Both the position numbers and the translations under genes were made by a program. A DNA stretch of 63,771 nt, filler included, from Choristocarpus tenellus KU-1152 (Eukaryota > Protista > Phaeophyceae), in assembly GCA_964200185.2 (NCBI GenBank). It is 10 parts of 10 records of this genome, joined end to end, with 100 filler letters (N's around TTAATTAATTAA, not from the genome) between each part and the next. Parts side by side here need not be neighbours in the genome. Positions count along the whole stretch, not along the records: positions 60,213 to 63,771 come from CAXNAD020019276.1; 9 more parts are not named here. One strand, given 5' to 3'. The stretch's first letter is position 1, and each line of letters opens with the position of its first letter. The notes below the pieces were generated by a model. The model saw nothing but the letters and a program-made list of their open reading frames with translations. It searched no databases and was not told the origin of the DNA. This document shows, piece by piece, positions 62,180-63,771 of this stretch.

Positions 62180-62750
62180 ATGATGTAGCTGCTGCTGCAC
62201 CTGAGGTGTGAAAGCGCACCCACTATGAGGGCTCTTTTGATCCTTGCAGTTATAACCTCAACACCTTCGTGGTGGAAAGTTTTGGGAAGCTCGGCAAGCA
62301 AGCGGAACGTTTTCTGGATGAGCTATCTATGTACACGGTAGGGGGTAGAGGGACAGGAGGTCATAGCAGGAAGGGGGCTGTCAAATCCCGTCCACGACAG
62401 ATTTTTCTGTCACCACACAGGTAGCCCTATCCAGACGGGTCGTGTGCTTCAAGCTAGAGACACCAGGAAGATTGATAAGGAGGTGCTTGTTAGATTATTG
62501 GGATGCTTCCGTAGCCCCTCACCCTGGAGCACAGGACTCATCTGGGTTAGAGGTACAGGAAGGGAACGGTGTAGCATAACTAGTAGTAAAATAGTGAATA
62601 GATAAATGTTTTTAACATTTATGACAACTGTTACTTTTTTAGGGTTTATTCTGACATGTTAATAGATTTTGTTGATTTTTCCCTGACACATCTGGAAAAT
62701 GTCAGAGGGCATAATAATATAAATAAATGCGATAAGTATTGTTATTTCGG
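62180..62750 (+). mobile_element. 3' fragment of CRE-like (RLE) non-LTR retrotransposon, copy 1
   Basis: AAAPEV*KRTHYEGSFDPCSYNLNTFVVESFGKLGKQAERFLDEL: restriction-like endonuclease C-terminus (K...Y, VESFG.LG) followed by 3' UTR. Confidence 0.72.
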
Positions 62751-62829
62751 ACAATCTTTGTGCTAGTAAATATACTATTGATTAGTAAGTAATATATTGT
62801 AGGTGCCTACTTTCAATTCAAACAATATG

Positions 62830-63325
62830 AGTTACAACCTCAACACCTTCACGGTGGAACGTTTTGGGAGCCTCGGCAAGCAAGCGGAACGTTTCCTGGA
62901 TGACCTGGCTACACACGCAGTAGGGGGGGGAGGAACTGGAGGCTATGGAAGGAAAGGGGCTGTCAAATCCCGCCTAAGACAAATCGTATTGGTAACAACG
63001 CAGGTGGCCCTGTCTCGACGGGTCACGCGTTTTAAGCTAGAGTCGCCAGAGAGATGGGCAACGACGGGTTTGTTGGATTCTTGGGATGCTCCCCTACCTC
63101 CTCACCCTGGGGTGCAGGAATATGTGGATTGGAGACACAGGAAGGCAGTGGTACAACAGAGTAGTGAAATAACAAATAGATTAATGTTTTTCACATTTGT
63201 GACAACTTTTATTTCTTCAGGGTTTTTTCTGACATGTGAATAGGTTTTCCTTGGTTTTTCCCCTGACACATCTGCAAAATGTCAGGGGGCATAATAATAT
63301 AATATTAATATATTCTACTATTTGT
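62830..63325 (+). mobile_element. 3' fragment of CRE-like non-LTR retrotransposon, copy 2
   Basis: SYNLNTFTVERFGSLGKQAERFLDDLATHAVGG...RKGAVKSRLRQIVLVTTQVALSRRV; collinear with copy 1 including the UTR. Confidence 0.75.
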
Positions 63326-63446
63326 GGATAGTAGGCTTGTTGTTATATTATACCGTTATTCTTGTATGCCATTGACCATTATACCGATTGATGTTGTTTG
63401 ACCGGCACTAACGGTATAAAACAGGCAAATCTCCTTTCGACATACT

Positions 63447-63703
63447 GGACCAAAGTAAACGAGAGGTACCCAGGTTTTGACTGTTTTTTCATTTCAAGAT
63501 AATTTTCAATTAGTTGCAATCGACCCATATTTATACCGATGAAGTCCAAAGATTGGCTTGAGAACGTTTGTTTCTTTATTGTTTGAAAATTTTCCGGTAC
63601 CACTTCAGAAATATCCTGTACAGATTTGTAAAGAAGCTGGATTTTGCGCATTGTGACAGCATCCTTAAAATTCAACTCTGGGTACCTCTCGTTTGCTTGA
63701 CTC
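63447..63703 (-). mobile_element. MITE family C copy with ACT target duplication
   Basis: ACT|GGACCAAAGTAAACGAGAGGTACCCAG...CTGGGTACCTCTCGTTTGCTTGACTC|ACT. Confidence 0.88.
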
Positions 63704-63771
63704 ACTATTCTAATACTAGTGCAAGAAAAAATGCTATGTACGCAATGACCTAAAGTATCTGGAGGGGGGGG

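Noticed and set aside
1-63771. tRNA, rRNA or SECIS elements
   Set aside because: None recognised by eye. The GPX 3' UTR, where a SECIS would lie, is beyond the contig end. tRNAscan-SE/Infernal would be needed to exclude small RNAs.

Overview
Eukaryotic, intron-rich DNA from a photosynthetic stramenopile, most likely the brown-algal lineage (inference from bipartite ASAFAP-type plastid targeting peptides, scattered TTAGGG motifs and the TE types). The window is not one locus. It is ten short contigs joined by artificial 100-bp spacers (44 N + TTAATTAATTAA + 44 N), so adjacency across spacers means nothing. Genes built by hand from GT-AG exons with consistent phase: a 9-exon unknown gene (1357-11220), five internal exons of IMP dehydrogenase, a complete plastid-targeted MsrA, the last exon of a membrane protein, a complete 7TM-RGS protein whose RGS box lacks the key catalytic Asn, the 5' half of a plastid-targeted selenocysteine (in-frame UGA) glutathione peroxidase, and, head-to-head with it, the start of an Hv1/voltage-sensor-like gene. 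Mobile DNA: an internally deleted Ty1/copia element with a 320-bp LTR, a DIRS-like retroelement fragment, RTE-like and CRE-like LINE remnants, two decayed transposase-like regions, a foldback element, and about 20 full or partial copies of three MITE families that share one terminal motif and show 3- or 4-bp target duplications. By eye, CpG is depleted in gene bodies but retained at gene starts, which suggests CG methylation. All homology calls come from motif recognition; no database search was run.
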